Shown: one piece after another, positions 62,810-64,000 of the stretch | Position numbering within the stretch: position 1 is the first letter of the stretch | Layout of the letters: the number at the start of each line of letters is the position of its first letter | Assembly (NCBI GenBank): GCA_963833225.1 | Contig: CAWHXD010000019.1 | Location: forward strand, 256,001-320,000 | Length of the DNA stretch: 64,000 nt | Direction of reading: 5' to 3' | Origin: an uncultured Chloroflexia bacterium | GTDB lineage: Bacteria; Chloroflexota; Limnocylindria; Limnocylindrales; CSP1-4 | Program-made: the position numbers and the translations under genes | Notes under the pieces: generated by a model | Database searches by the model: none | The model's input: the letters and a program-made list of their open reading frames with translations, nothing else | What the model was told of the DNA's origin: nothing

Positions 62810-64000
62810 ATGCATCAGTTCGGGGACGGCACGACGATCGAGGAGCTGCGCGCGAGGGCGGCCGGGATCGCGTCGGCCTGGGGTGCTGCCGCAGCCACCT
62901 TCACCACCGTCGGCCAGGAACGAGCGATCCTGCGCCTGTTCGGCGTCACCGGCCTCGACCAGGAGGGCCGGCCGCTTGCTGCCGAGGTCGTCGACCGATA
63001 CGTGACCCCGGACCCTCGGCGGCTCGGTGGCGGAATCGCCCTGCCGTTCGCGATGGCCATGGCGGAGTACGACCTCCGCCCGCAGGAGCTGGCGCAGGAG
63101 GTGGCGGCCGGGAACGTGGACCTCGGGCTCGAGGCGGAGCTGCTCGCCGAGCCGGACCGGCGCGCCATCGCGGTCGCCAATGCGGAGGCGCTCGCGCGTG
63201 GCGCCCTGGAGAGGATCGACGCGAACCGGACGGCCCGCCACGAGCTCCTCGCGGTGCTGGGGGACCCGCGGCGGCCATGGATCGGCATGTCGCTCGCCTC
63301 ACCGGCCATCGTGGATGCCCTCGAGGAGGCTGCCCGCACGATCGGGGCCGGGGCCGAGCTGGTCCGGGTCGAGGTGCCGCCCAGCCGTGAGCTGGCGGAG
63401 CTGACGACACGGGCCGGGCATGCCGTGGAGGGGTGGCATGCCGACGCCTCGTCCCGGGGCGGTCTCGAGGCCCACGACCCGGCCGGCGCCCCCGTCCCGG
63501 CCGGTGCCCAGCGCGCGCTCTCGGTCCTGCGACGGTTCGTGGATGAGGCGGGCGCGCGCCGTCGGGGCTACGTGCGGCTGATCACCGATGCCCAGCCGCT
63601 GGCCGCGCCGGAGCAGGCGGTCGTCGCGGCCTTCGAGCGCGTCGACATCGTCGTCGCGGACCCGATGCGCGAGATCGTGACCGGTCGGGTGGACCCGGAC
63701 CGGGCCCTCGCCGATCACGTGTTCGCGCACCGGCTGCTGTGCCGGGCCGGGACGCGGGTCATCGTGCCATCCGGGCCGCTCCTCGTGGGGCCGGACCTGG
63801 CCCGTGGCCTGCCCTCCGATCCCGCGACCCGCGCAGGGCGCGCGCTGGCGATGCAGCTGCTGGCCGTCGAGCTGGCGATGCGGGACGGGATGCCCGCCGG
63901 AAGCGTGTCGCTGGGTGCGCTCCCGGGCTGGCTGGTGGAGGAGCCGGACGCTCCCGCTCGTGCCGCCGCCGAGGTCGCGGTCCGGAGGGCGCTCTTCCCC
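62810..64000 (+). CDS. Divergent lysine 5,6-aminomutase alpha-subunit-like protein (partial)
   Basis: Manual translation: TTVGQERAILRLFGVTGLDQEGRPLAAEVVD, GAELVRV, GYVRL, APEQAVVAAFERVD, VDPDRALADHVF resemble KamD segments; open to the window end. Confidence 0.62.
   Translation, partial: MHQFGDGTTIEELRARAAGIASAWGAAAATFTTVGQERAILRLFGVTGLDQEGRPLAAEVVDRYVTPDPRRLGGGIALPFAMAMAEYDLRPQELAQEVAAGNVDLGLEAELLAEPDRRAIAVANAEALARGALERIDANRTARHELLAVLGDPRRPWIGMSLASPAIVDALEEAARTIGAGAELVRVEVPPSRELAELTTRAGHAVEGWHADASSRGGLEAHDPAGAPVPAGAQRALSVLRRFVDEAGARRRGYVRLITDAQPLAAPEQAVVAAFERVDIVVADPMREIVTGRVDPDRALADHVFAHRLLCRAGTRVIVPSGPLLVGPDLARGLPSDPATRAGRALAMQLLAVELAMRDGMPAGSVSLGALPGWLVEEPDAPARAAAEVAVRRALFP

Overview
High-GC bacterial chromosomal window; the gene content suggests a Chloroflexota-like or actinobacteria-like soil/sediment organism, but this is not established. 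Core metabolism: fabF-fabD with a divergent MarR regulator, and a large branched-chain amino-acid cluster (ilvD, leuCD, and ilvB-ilvN-ilvC-leuA-leuB-cimA behind a Leu-rich leader/attenuator, followed by a stand-alone LeuA regulatory domain and pheA). Accessory content: an ECF sigma/anti-sigma pair, a Phd-VapC toxin-antitoxin pair, a decayed fae gene, acyl-CoA genes, and a ~20 kb surface-polysaccharide locus with large secreted beta-helix proteins. The window ends with a MoaD-MoaE fusion and a divergent lysine-5,6-aminomutase-alpha-like gene. The top candidate for an undescribed system lies between leuC and ilvB (18001-21570). It comprises a membrane-sensor GGDEF-EAL protein, a DUF5317-like membrane protein with signal-peptidase-II-like Asp motifs, and a c-di-GMP-I riboswitch upstream of two short peptide ORFs missing from the ORF track (ending AGMRWY and AGQRW). 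This arrangement suggests a peptide-signal/c-di-GMP feedback circuit. The second candidate is an anti-sigma factor whose extracytoplasmic domain looks like the SecD P1 domain. Several genes carry single-base frameshifts that are probably sequencing or assembly errors. All family assignments were made by eye from motifs, with no database searches.
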